Notes under the pieces: generated by a model
The model's input: only the letters and a program-made list of their open reading frames with translations
What the model was told of the DNA's origin: nothing
Databases searched by the model: none
Assembly (NCBI GenBank): GCA_010909165.1
Contig: MU008162.1
Location: forward strand, 1,736,001-1,800,000
Reading direction: 5' to 3'
DNA: 64,000 nt
Origin: Anthoceros angustus
Taxonomy: Eukaryota > Plantae > Anthocerotophyta
Translations under genes and position numbers: made by a program
In this document: one piece after another, positions 1 through 10,160 of the stretch
How the letters are laid out: each line of letters begins with the position of its first letter
How positions within the stretch are numbered: the stretch's first letter is position 1

Positions 1-35
1 GATTCATTCGGGGTTGGTCGGTTGCTTTTGTGTAG

Positions 36-2092
36 CTCGGGAGGTGCCTATTTCCAAGGAGTTAGTGCGGATTCTGGAGCAGAGAATGATGGCAATGGAA
101 GCTCGGCATGCTCATCTCACGCGATCGTTATCAGAGGTTTGCGTCGTCTGTCTATCCCCTTGCGTTTCAGTGTCCGTGTATTCGTCCTTGCCTGAATTTT
201 GTGGCTGGGAAATTATGTGTTTTCCTGAAGACAGCTGGATCCGGCGTCGGAGGACATGGTGAGGATTAGCAAAGAGCTCAGCCGGATGCAAGAATGTGTG
301 AGCCGCATTTCCGCTCTGCGAGCCAAGAGGAAGGTAGGGAGATGGTGCATCACAGGTTTTGATGATGACCTAGAGAGAGAGAGAGAGTTAGTACTGATTT
401 TTACTGGTCCATCATTGTGGCTGGTCGCGGCAGGAGATTCGAGATCTTAGGGTGTTGGTGGATGATGCTAATGAGGATGAGGAGATGCGCAAAGTGGCTG
501 CTGATGAACTCAAGAATGAGATGAAAGTTGAGTTGGATCTCCACGATGAGATCCTGTTTCAAATGCTCCCCAGAGATGAAGCTGATACCCGCAGCTGTAT
601 CTTGGAAGTCCGAGCGGGTACAGGTGGGAGTGAGGCCTCCCTGTTTGCCATGGATATTTTCAAGATGTATCCATGTCTTGCAGCATTTTTCATGTTTTTG
701 TTCACTCGGTTTATCTTCAAGGTGGGCACCTTCGTTGTGCTGTGCTTTATTACTAGGTGCTTGAGCCTCTTCTACGTGGGCTGGGTCCTTAATGTTCTCC
801 AGGTATGAAAGATTTGCGCTGAAAAACTCGTGGGGATTTGAAGTACTGGAATTAACAGAGACTGATTTAAGTGGTTACAAGGTGAGAAGCTGGATCAGAC
901 TGCTTTATCTTTGAACGAATGCAACATATGGTCATTTTGTCTGAGGAGTGTTAGTATTTGCTTTTTAGTGGGCAGCTCATAATGGTAAAACGCAATCTTG
1001 ATGTGTTTCTGTGGAGCAGGAAGCAAGTGCTGCAATTACAGGAGATGGGATATATGGAAAGCTGAAGTTTGAGAGCGGAGTTCACCGAGTGCAGGTAGGA
1101 TGGTTTGAGGCCTTTGAATGCACATGCGTATCATCTTTGTGAAGCCTGTAACAGCTGTGTATGAAGCCTGTACATGAAATCACTTGCAGCCAGCATAGGG
1201 ATTGTGAGCTACCCGTGTTTACCATGTGGTTCATATTTGCAGCGTGTTCCAGTGACAGAGAAAGGTGGACGTGTGCACACCAGTACAGCTTCTGTTGCTG
1301 TTCTCCCTCAGGCTGATGAGGTCTTTCCAGGTTTATCTGATGAATGAAATTTAAGTAGCTATCACCCCTCTGAGCATGATATGCAAGATACTACCTGAGC
1401 TCTGCTGATTTGCATGTTCGAAAACTGGGACTCTCTTACAGGTGGATGTGGAAGTGAAAAATGAAGAGCTTCGTGTGGATACCTATCGCTCTGGTGGATC
1501 TGGCGGTCAGCATGCGAACACTACGAGTAGTGCTGTTCGAGTCACCCACATCCCAACGGGCATTGTTGTGGCCATTCAAGATGAGAGGTCCCAACACATG
1601 GTATTATGTGCTGCCGCCTGCCTCTCTGTCTTTGGTCAATCAGGTTTCAGAACCAAGCTCCATAAGATTCCCAGCTCTAACGACTTTGCTACCGATTGTC
1701 TCACCAGAATAAGGCTAAGGCATTAAAGATTTTGAGAGCTAAGCTGTACGACAGAGAAAGGTTACGACAAATGGCATCAAGGTCGGAGCAGAGAATGGGC
1801 CAGGTACAGGCACCAACAGTCTGGGCTGCCGCTGTTTCCTCTGCAATTGTTGTGTACTATGACAGCTCACCTGCTTACCTTCTCTGGAGTTCAGATTGGA
1901 AGTGGAGACAGGTCAGAAAGGATTCGGACTTACAACTTCCCTCAAGGACGAGTGACTGATCACCGGGTTGGAATCACCCAGCACAATGTAGAGCAGCTTC
2001 TTGAAGGCGAGGGTCTGGACGTGTTCATCGAGGCACTTCAAATGCGGCAGGAGGTGGACGCAATTGCCTCGTTGCAACAGTCGGCTGTTTGA
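36..2092 (+). CDS. prfA: Peptide chain release factor 1, organellar (mitochondrial-type); multi-exon, 5' end lies upstream of the window
   Basis: Spliced exons encode [42 protein letters not shown] (PxT motif of RF1), [16 protein letters not shown] (GGQ motif) and [27 protein letters not shown] introns; first acceptor at 34-35. Confidence 0.95.
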
Positions 2093-2929
2093 AACTAGTG
2101 CTGCTGAGACATGGAACCCGATGGCCCAGTCGTCATGGTCAAATGGAGTCCCAACAACATGTAGTGTTCAACCCGTCAACCTTTGACCAAACAATTCGAA
2201 GGAAACAACTCAAAAATTTAGGGATCGAATCGACCACCGTTACATCCCGTACTCTACTGGAGCGTCCGTCACTTCACACTTGGAGGCTTCTGCAGGCTCC
2301 ACTACCAGTGCATGTCTAGCTTGTAGGACATGCCAGCCCGCCTCCAGCTCCAGCGCCTCGGACCTATGATTGCGTTCTGAATCGAGGAATTGAGATGCCT
2401 GTGGCTTCAGAACGGCCTAACCGAGAATTGAAAGGCCTTTGGTTCCAGAGCTCAGAGCCGGACCGAGGAATTTGTAAGGTCTTTGTGTAGTTTTCGTAGT
2501 GTACGTATCTTGATTCCTTGCTGATACTGAGCAATCCCGCGAGAGACTTTTACAGAGATCCTCAACTCCTTGGAAGATGTCAAGTTCTTAGAAGCTTCAT
2601 AGTACTCTTACAGAACTCCTCAAATTCTTAGGATCTTCATCGTTGGGTGAGCATCCATCACAGTAGTCATGTGGCCGAGGTGTGGCTTGGACAATAGACA
2701 GGCTTACAGTAGACGGGTTCAGAACGGCCGAATCGAAGAAAAGGCCATGGAGGTCAAGCATGGAGGTGAGAAGTTGCGTCCACTGCTGATACGTTGCCTC
2801 ATCTGCTGGGCCTGATTTGTGAATGGCGGATGCAGCTTAGATGCTGAGAGGTAGCAGGGGAATGCAGCTGCTGGAAGCTAACTGCATTCCTGAATTGTAG
2901 CTGTTGAAGGAGTGCTGACAGTGTGTGCC

Positions 2930-3718
2930 TTTGGCTGAAACCCTGCTGCTAGCTATTTACGTGGTTGCAATATCATCCCATTACGATGTGGTGGGATGGG
3001 CGGAAGCACACGGCCGCTCAAGCCCGTGTATGACGGTACCGGCCGGATCATCTGTTGGCGGTATTTGGATCTGGAGAAGAAACATAGTATTTTGAAAAAG
3101 CTGAGGAGGAAGACTGTCAGCCCCGACAAACGTAAGGAACTGGAAGCCCAACTGGAAGAGGTGATGACAAGCATTAACAGGTGTGGAGCAGTCGGGCAAG
3201 GCATGGCCGCAGTAGAGGGGGCCGTGGCTGCAGAGGAAGAGCCCAGCAAAGCCTAAGGGGAAGAGAATGAGGTAGTGGCTCCATCCGCAGACTCAAGGCC
3301 GCTGGCTCCTAGCCAGCGCAAAAGAACGCAGCAAGATGAGTTGAGGGAGACATTGCCAACGCCTGATTCTGAGCGGCTGGGACGGCGGACTATAAGGAGA
3401 CGGACAAGATCGGTGGAAAGTCGTGCGGGCAAGAGGAGAAGGCTTGACGAATTGCAGTCAAGTCTGCGGGGAATCGAACAACGGGTGGAAGGCATGGAGG
3501 ACATGCTTGCCAATAGTGTAACCCATTCTCTAAAAGCGGTGGTGAACATGGTGGGAGGCATCAAGGAAAGCATTAGCAATCTAGGGGCAGAGCTAGGGAC
3601 AGATATTTGTGGATGCGGGGTTAGAAGAATGAGCCGGTGGATGTTGGTCTTGGTAGGACCTCATATTTTTGGGAGCTCCACTTTCGTTTCCACAACCAGC
3701 CAGAGTCATGGGCCCTGA
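2930..3718 (+). pseudogene. Decayed ORF with possible Myb/SANT-like (trihelix-type) N-terminus and coiled coil, probably transposon-derived
   Basis: ORFs 2996-3256 and 3275-3718 are in the same frame, separated by one TAA. An upstream frameshifted LLLAI...W segment followed by RTG-like/ICWRYLDLEKK resembles Myb/SANT-like domains by eye. Lies next to gypsy debris. Confidence 0.3.
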
Positions 3719-3984
3719 GAAGGCACAAAGCCAAACGTAGGCAATGAAGTAAAAGGTATAGCAAGCAACAAAGGCAAGGGAGTATTTCAAAATCAAGAAC
3801 AAATTGTAGCTAGGGGAGGACTATGCAGACTGGTTCGGACGCTTGAAATATGGGAAAGGTAACTAAACTTACATTATTCCGAACGTAGATATCTAAGAGG
3901 GATGAAGTGAGCTAGAGGCTGTCATTTGGTATGTTGCTGTAGGCCTCTATTCTAATTCCGTTTATTTACTTACTTCAACACTAT

Positions 3985-5530
3985 GACAAAGTACAAGTCA
4001 GGGAAGAAGAATCTCGTGGCAGATGCCTTGAGTCGCAAGCAGAGTTTAAGTTTAATAACTGCTTTTGCATTGAAGAGGCCTAAGCTAGCTGCAACACAGA
4101 TGGTGCTTAAGCCGAGGACACTCACGCGCAGATCAAGAAAGCTTATCTGCGAGATCCATTTGGTAGGGGACTTGCGTAGAGCAACCGCGATCTAAGTTTA
4201 AGCTTAGGGATGGCTTGTTGATGTTCAAGCAAAGCAGGATTGTGATTCCTGATTCTCAAGAGTTGACAAGGAAGTTGCTTTTAGAGTATCATGATGTGCT
4301 AAGTGCAGGTCCTCGAGGGATTGACCTAACTTATGAGAAGTTGAGAAAGATGTTTCACTAACCTGGAATGTACAAGCATGCTGTTGAGTATGTTAAGTCT
4401 TATGTTAAGGTAGAGCAGACAAATCTGCTAGGTTTGTTGCAACCCCTGCCAATTCGAAGTGAGCCTTTGAAAAGTATATCAATGGATTTCATTATGCCAT
4501 TGCCAGCCAGTAATGGACACATAGCTATCATGACAATGGTTGATAGAATTAGCAAGCAAGCACACTTCATCCCTACCAAGAAGCGAGTGAAAGCTTCTGA
4601 AATTGCTCAATTGTTCAAGAAGCATGTGTATGTATTGCATGGACTACCTATGCAAATTGTGAGTAATAGAGATCCCAGATTTACTGCAAAGTTTGGGCAA
4701 CAGCTTATGAAGAGCTTAGGAGTGCAATTATGTTTGAGCACAACGTATCACCCTGATACGGATGGATCAATAGAAAGGGTGAACAGAATCCAAGGAGAAT
4801 ACTTACGACACTATGTAGAAATAGACCAGCGAGACTGGATTGATTATCTTGAGGATGCAGAGTTTTATTATAATAACTTTGTACATAGCTCCACAAGTTA
4901 TGCACCTTTTTAGATGACATGTAACGAAACAATGGACGTAGTTTCCATGTTCAATGCTGAAGTGTTTGAGATAACAGCAAGAGAACCATGTGAGTATATT
5001 GAGCAATTGAAAGCTAGGCATGAAGTCGCTAAGAATATTTTGGCAAAAGCTCAAGAAAGGCAAAAGAAGTTTGCTAATAGGCATAGGAAAAGGCAGAGTT
5101 TCAAGTAGGTGATAAGATGTGGGTGAAGAATTTCTACTACCACAAGAGTTAACCTCAAATTTCATGCCTGAGTATGGAGGACCTTTCGTAGTTCTGAAGG
5201 GCACTGAGAATGTTGCTTACAAACAACAACTACCTGAATGGATCTTCTCTCATAATGTGTTTCATGTCTCTTTGCTGTAACTATTTGTGATTTCGAAAGC
5301 GAATGAGGATATGAACAGGAAGGATTATGTCATCCTGGTTCAACATGGACCTCATGGACTGCAAGAGATTGTTGAATTTGTGGCAGTGAGGGAAGCGCCT
5401 GCTGTTTGTGGTTATGTATAAGAGTACCTGGTAAGGCTTCGTGGTTATGCAGATCCTATCTAGGTTTCACTTGAAGATGTGCAACAAGGACCATGGATGA
5501 TCTCATGTTACACTCGAGGTCAGTGGGGAT
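3985..5530 (+). mobile_element. Degenerate Ty3/gypsy (chromovirus-like) LTR retrotransposon pol fragment: RNase H end, integrase, GPY/F motif and chromodomain-like tail
   Basis: YKSGKKNLVADALSR (RNase H end), EYHD..SAG (integrase zinc finger), ISMDFIMPLP, VDRISKQAHFIP, IVSNRDPRF, STTYHPDTDGSIERVN, PEYGGPF, VFHVSLL and EYLVRLRGY. Many stops and frameshifts; no RT or paired LTRs recognised. Confidence 0.92.
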
Positions 5531-5600
5531 AATAACATCTTCTAGAGCTTGTCCTTGAGTTAAGGGCAGGAGCTAGAGCTTGTCCTTGAGTCAAGGGCAA

Positions 5601-5989
5601 GAGCCAGTTGGGCATGGATAGCTACACTCAAGTGTGTGGGCATAGATAGCTAGACTCAAGTGTGTATTCTATGGATAAAGAGCAGCACCTCGAGGAGGAG
5701 CGAGTTGGGCATAGATAGCTAGACTCAAGTGTGTGGGCATAGATAGCTAGACTCAAGTGTGTACTCTATGGATAAAGAGCAGCACCTCGAGGAGGAGCCA
5801 GCTGGGCATAGATAGCTAGACTCAAGTGTGTGGGCATAGATAGCTAGACTCAAGTGTGTACTCTATGGATAAAGAGCAGCACCTCGAGGAGGAGCCAGTT
5901 GGGCCTAGATAGCTAGACTCAAGTGTGTGGGCATAGATAGCTAGACTCAAGTGTGTATTCTATGGATAAAGAGCAGCACCTCGAGGAGG
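5601..5989. repeat. Tandem repeat, 4 x 97 bp, each unit containing a duplicated 28-bp subunit
   Basis: Units start at 5610, 5707, 5804 and 5901. GGGCATAGATAGCTAGACTCAAGTGTGT occurs twice per unit. Confidence 0.95.
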
Positions 5990-6421
5990 TGGCCTGCGAG
6001 TTGTCAGTGGACAAGCGGAGCCTAGAGTACGACATTGAGAGCACTGAGAACACGATGTTGAGAGCGTTGAGAATCATGCAAGTCTCTTGTGGAGTGAATT
6101 GACGAGGTCTTAAATCGCTGGGAAGCCACACTTGCTGCTTCCTTACTCGCTGCATAGTGAGGGGCGTTACTCATAGTACACCTATTCATATTTTTTTGAT
6201 ATAAAAAAATAATTAATTTGAGCCGAACCTCGGCGGTCTCTACGGTAAGCACAGATGAACTGAAAGTGTTCGTTTGATACCCATACAAGCGCCGACGTGT
6301 GACACAAGGCTGGTAGTCGACTTTCTTTTCTATAGCCGGCAGAAATCCACTCCGATTATCTGGTGTGCGTACTGTTTTGGTAAAATTGGGTTTGCCCGGG
6401 AGGTAACGGCGGGGGAGCGCA

Positions 6422-7950
6422 ATGGAGGATGGTGCCAGCCGAAAGCGATGGCTGCCGCTGGAGGCCAACCCAGATATCATGAACCAGGTATTTCTGGGTC
6501 TGTGTCTGTGTTTGTGGGCTTCATCGCAATCTTGGCTACCAGAGGGTTACTTTGAAATTTGCTGATTTGTTTAGGCTTGATGGAATGTCTCATCCTTGTG
6601 GTCAGGTGAAGCTTGGAGGTTTTTCACCCAATTCGGTTGCTGCTTGTGTAGTTTGTGCAGGGTCTTGGGCTGCCTTCGGGAGCTTCTTTCTATGATGTGT
6701 ACGGTTTCGATGATGACCTGCTGGCCATGGTTCCCACACCAGTGCTTGCGGTGCTCTTCTTGTTTCCTATCACAGACGAGGTAATGTAAATTTTTCAAGT
6801 TGTTGCTCACTGCTGAGAGCACAGCAGACAGTTGTTTCTTGTTATATTGTTTTCGTCTTTTGCTACTGATTGCAAACTGGCAGTCAGAACATTCGAGGAA
6901 GTCGGAAGACCAGAGAATAGCAGTAGAGGGGCAGAAGGTTGGTCTCATCTCACTCTTTTCGCTGAGCCTGTAGCACGTTCTCGACTGAAGTGGTATTTGT
7001 ACAATCATGGCGGCACACATTCGATGCTGTTCATTTGGAGATGACGGGCCTTGGTTGGTGAGTGGCAGGTTAGCAACGAGGTGTATTTTATGAAACAGAC
7101 TGTTGGAAATGCTTGTGGTACTGTGGGTCTTCTTCATGCCATAGGCAACAGTCGGTCACAGCTAACGCTTGGTAGGTCACGTGCTCAGAATTGTCCTCAG
7201 TAGCAGCTTGCCTTGAGCTGGAAAGTATATGTCATAACGTAATGTCTGATTGTTTCTCACGGCAGAGGAGGGATCTTACTTCGACAGGTTCTTCAGGGCC
7301 ACTGCCAAATTGACTCCGGATGAAGTAAGCTCACTTCCCCCAATGATGTGTTTGGAAAACCCATGTCAGGGAAGGGACTGGAATGCTAACTGTCTTCTAC
7401 CCTGCAGAGAGCAGAGTTTCTGGAGAAGGACACTGAAATTGAAGGTGCTCATGCCGTGGCTGCTAATGCTGGTGATACTGCGGTAAGAAATGCATTTCAG
7501 CATGTTCAGCATACCCTGCTGGTTTGAATGCAGTACCAAGATTCTGATTTGAAAAGCTCCCCACCTGTACAGCCACCGGATATTAGGACTTCTGTGGACC
7601 TGCATTTCGTGTGCTACGTTTGTGTTGACGGTAAGTGCCTTCAGCTTACGTTCTTCCCGATGACAACCTGAAACACAAGACTTTAGTCACAGTCTTGTAT
7701 CTTGGCTGAAGGTGATCTCTATGAACTGGATGGACGAAGAAAACAACCCATCAACCATGGCACCACGTCACCTGCTTCAGTTCTCCAGGTATGTAATCCG
7801 ATCTTTGTGCCACGAGAATACGGACAAGAAAGCTCCAACTAACATCCGCGTTCTTGGTGGTGGAAGGATGCCGGGAAAATCATTCAGGATTTCATCGCCA
7901 AAAATCCAAATACCATCAACTTCAACGTCATTGCTCTTTCGAAGGACTAG
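6422..7950 (+). CDS. UCH3: Ubiquitin C-terminal hydrolase, peptidase C12 (UCH3/UCHL3-like); multi-exon
   Basis: Exons encode [67 protein letters not shown] (catalytic Cys), LHFVCY (His), DLYELDGRR (Asp) and [11 protein letters not shown]. Confidence 0.93.
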
Positions 7951-8395
7951 CATCCCATGGATGCCGGTTGTGGGTTGTGTCCACGACAAAGTCTTGGAAA
8001 TTCGTGAGCTTTGGTGCGTCAGGCGATTACCGGTGAACCGGATATCATTTCCGAAGAAAAGAAAGGAAATTCATCTAAAACAGTGGGTATTGAACCCCGG
8101 GCTGGCCGTGCCGCCGCCTCGTGGCTCCATTGGACCGGCCCGTTGTTTCCGTATCGTCCTCACGCGTCTCCTCCCTCGCGCAGCGCTGATGGGACAAAAC
8201 ACCGTCAGAAAGCTTGTCTGGTGGAAGCACAGATCCGTCTCGTGGGATCGAAGCAAGCCCTTTCGTCTGGTCTGTCGGATTCCCTTCTGCAGACGTCGAT
8301 TGACTATCTCTAGGATAGTGTTGGCTTCCTGTCCGAAGACTTGGAGCTTCCCCTCTGCGAGCCTTGCCCTCGGTGCAAGGTTCGCAGTTGTGGAG

Positions 8396-9754
8396 ATGGA
8401 GGCGTCCTCGCATATGCTGCTCTATATTGTGCACGGGAGGTGCCATTGGGAGGAAGCCTCGTCTTCCTCCTCATCTTCCTCTTCATATTCAGCGCCCTGT
8501 GTGGAACTGGATCCCGATGTGTGGAGCAAGCTGCCAGACGAGATCTTGGATCGGGTGCTCATGGTGCTGCCTTACCCCAGCCAGCTGCGCTTCCGGACGG
8601 TGGCAAAGAGCTGGCAATCACGGCTCTCGTCGCTCAACTTCCAGCGGCGATCTGCAGCTCTGGCGTTGCCGCCTCCTCTCATGGTATGCGCCTTCGAGTA
8701 CCGCCATGCGACGGCCAGGAATGAGAAGCCGGCGTACGGGTACCATGGCAAACCCCTGTGGCGCAAGACTGGATGCAAGGCTTACAAGGTAGATCTGTCT
8801 CACCTGCCTCCCAAGATGCAGAAATGGCGCTCGAAGCGGACTGTGGCCAACGACGGACTCATCTGCGTCGAGTTCTACCAGAAGCGGCGGGTGAACGAGA
8901 ACGGCAGGGACAGGTTGGAGACGGCGGTAGCATACATCGTGCTGAACCCCGTCACCAGGGCATGGAAGGAGGTGCCCGAGCTGGACATCAACAACCAGGT
9001 GTCCGCCACTATGCAGGTGGTGGCTGACAAAACGGATGTTGGATACTTCACGGTATTCGTGGTGTGCACAAGTGATAAGCGGGGCCGCAAGAAGTGCACC
9101 ATTAATGCCTACTCCTCCCGGAGCAACACCTGGACCAGCATGCCGGGCCAGCTTGCTCCCGTCTACTACTACACCTGGTGCCACTGCGTCTTCGTCGACC
9201 GGCTGCTGTACAGCTTCGAGGTCGAGGAGATGATGCTGCTGAGCCTTGGGGACGGCAAGCTGGTGAAGCACGGGAAGGTGGGGTGGCCTGTGCCAGACTT
9301 TGAGGGGAATAATTTCCACCTGCTGCACCACAATGGGAGTGTCTACTTTGCAGGCCAGACCTACTACGGTAATGATCCCTGGTTCTTGGTGTGGAAGCTG
9401 GATGTGGGCCGGATGGCCTGGGATATTGTGTCTGAAATGCCCGATTGGATTCACGATCGCCTGGTCAAGCCTACGAGGCTGAACAAGCTCTCGGACTGCA
9501 CCTTCTGCATCGGGGATGCCTACGTTGTGGGCGACTTTATCTACTTTATCCTTGGCATTCAAAGCATCCCCAGCTATGGCTCCTGGTCCCCATTTGGTAC
9601 TGCCGCCAAGATTGACTCCTGGTCCCATGTCATCACCTTCAACATCCTCGAAGAAAGGTGGGGACTCTCGTTTGAGCACATCTCCGACCTTGTGTGCAAG
9701 ACCTATGCCGATCCTTGTGGCTTCTTGGTGCCCAACTACAACATGCTCATATGA
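8396..9754 (+). CDS. F-box protein with C-terminal beta-propeller (kelch/FBA-like); intronless
   Basis: LDPDVWSKLPDEILDRVLMVLPYPSQLRFRTVAKSW (F-box) followed by NDGLIC, VLNPVTRAWKEVP and YSSRSNTW. Start placed at ATG 8396 rather than the ORF-track start at 7712. Confidence 0.85.
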   Translation: MEASSHMLLYIVHGRCHWEEASSSSSSSSSYSAPCVELDPDVWSKLPDEILDRVLMVLPYPSQLRFRTVAKSWQSRLSSLNFQRRSAALALPPPLMVCAFEYRHATARNEKPAYGYHGKPLWRKTGCKAYKVDLSHLPPKMQKWRSKRTVANDGLICVEFYQKRRVNENGRDRLETAVAYIVLNPVTRAWKEVPELDINNQVSATMQVVADKTDVGYFTVFVVCTSDKRGRKKCTINAYSSRSNTWTSMPGQLAPVYYYTWCHCVFVDRLLYSFEVEEMMLLSLGDGKLVKHGKVGWPVPDFEGNNFHLLHHNGSVYFAGQTYYGNDPWFLVWKLDVGRMAWDIVSEMPDWIHDRLVKPTRLNKLSDCTFCIGDAYVVGDFIYFILGIQSIPSYGSWSPFGTAAKIDSWSHVITFNILEERWGLSFEHISDLVCKTYADPCGFLVPNYNMLI

Positions 9755-10160
9755 GCCGTTCCAGCTAAATTCACCGTCCCTGTACAGTATATGCAGATTA
9801 CGAATTACATATATAGATCTGTCGTAAGGAAGTTGTTACAGTCCAGATCTGCCATGTCTTTCAGAAGTAGGATCTCTCCCCTCTCTATTCCAGTCCAACA
9901 AAGGTGGGCTGCAGGCACAAGGCTCTAAGCTCGCGAATGTTCTGAGCTCCCGATGCCGCTTGGCATCTTAAAGGACTCGTGGTACAATTTTGTCTAAGTA
10001 CATATTATACACAGCACAGGTGTGAATCCATGAACTGGAATTCAGCAGTTCAATCGAACATTTCAGGAACTTGGCACCTTCTTGAAATCACGTAGATAAC
10101 TATTTTGGCACAAGCTCGTTCATTTCCTGACGCTAGTTGGACGCGTTGGAGACGCTGGAC

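Noticed and set aside
2322-2661. Possible solo LTR (TGT...ACA)
   Set aside because: The flanks give no matching target-site duplication and there is no second copy in the window.
5601-5989. CRISPR-like array
   Set aside because: The intervening sequences are near-identical rather than unique spacers, the context is eukaryotic, and no cas genes are present. The same applies to 58311-58563.
7712-8395. 228-codon N-terminal extension of the F-box ORF, or a UCH-F-box fusion
   Set aside because: It overlaps the last UCH exons and intron in a different frame and has no domain-like content. Most likely a chance open frame.
8618-9679. 353-aa antisense ORF
   Set aside because: Shadow of the GC3-rich F-box coding sequence.
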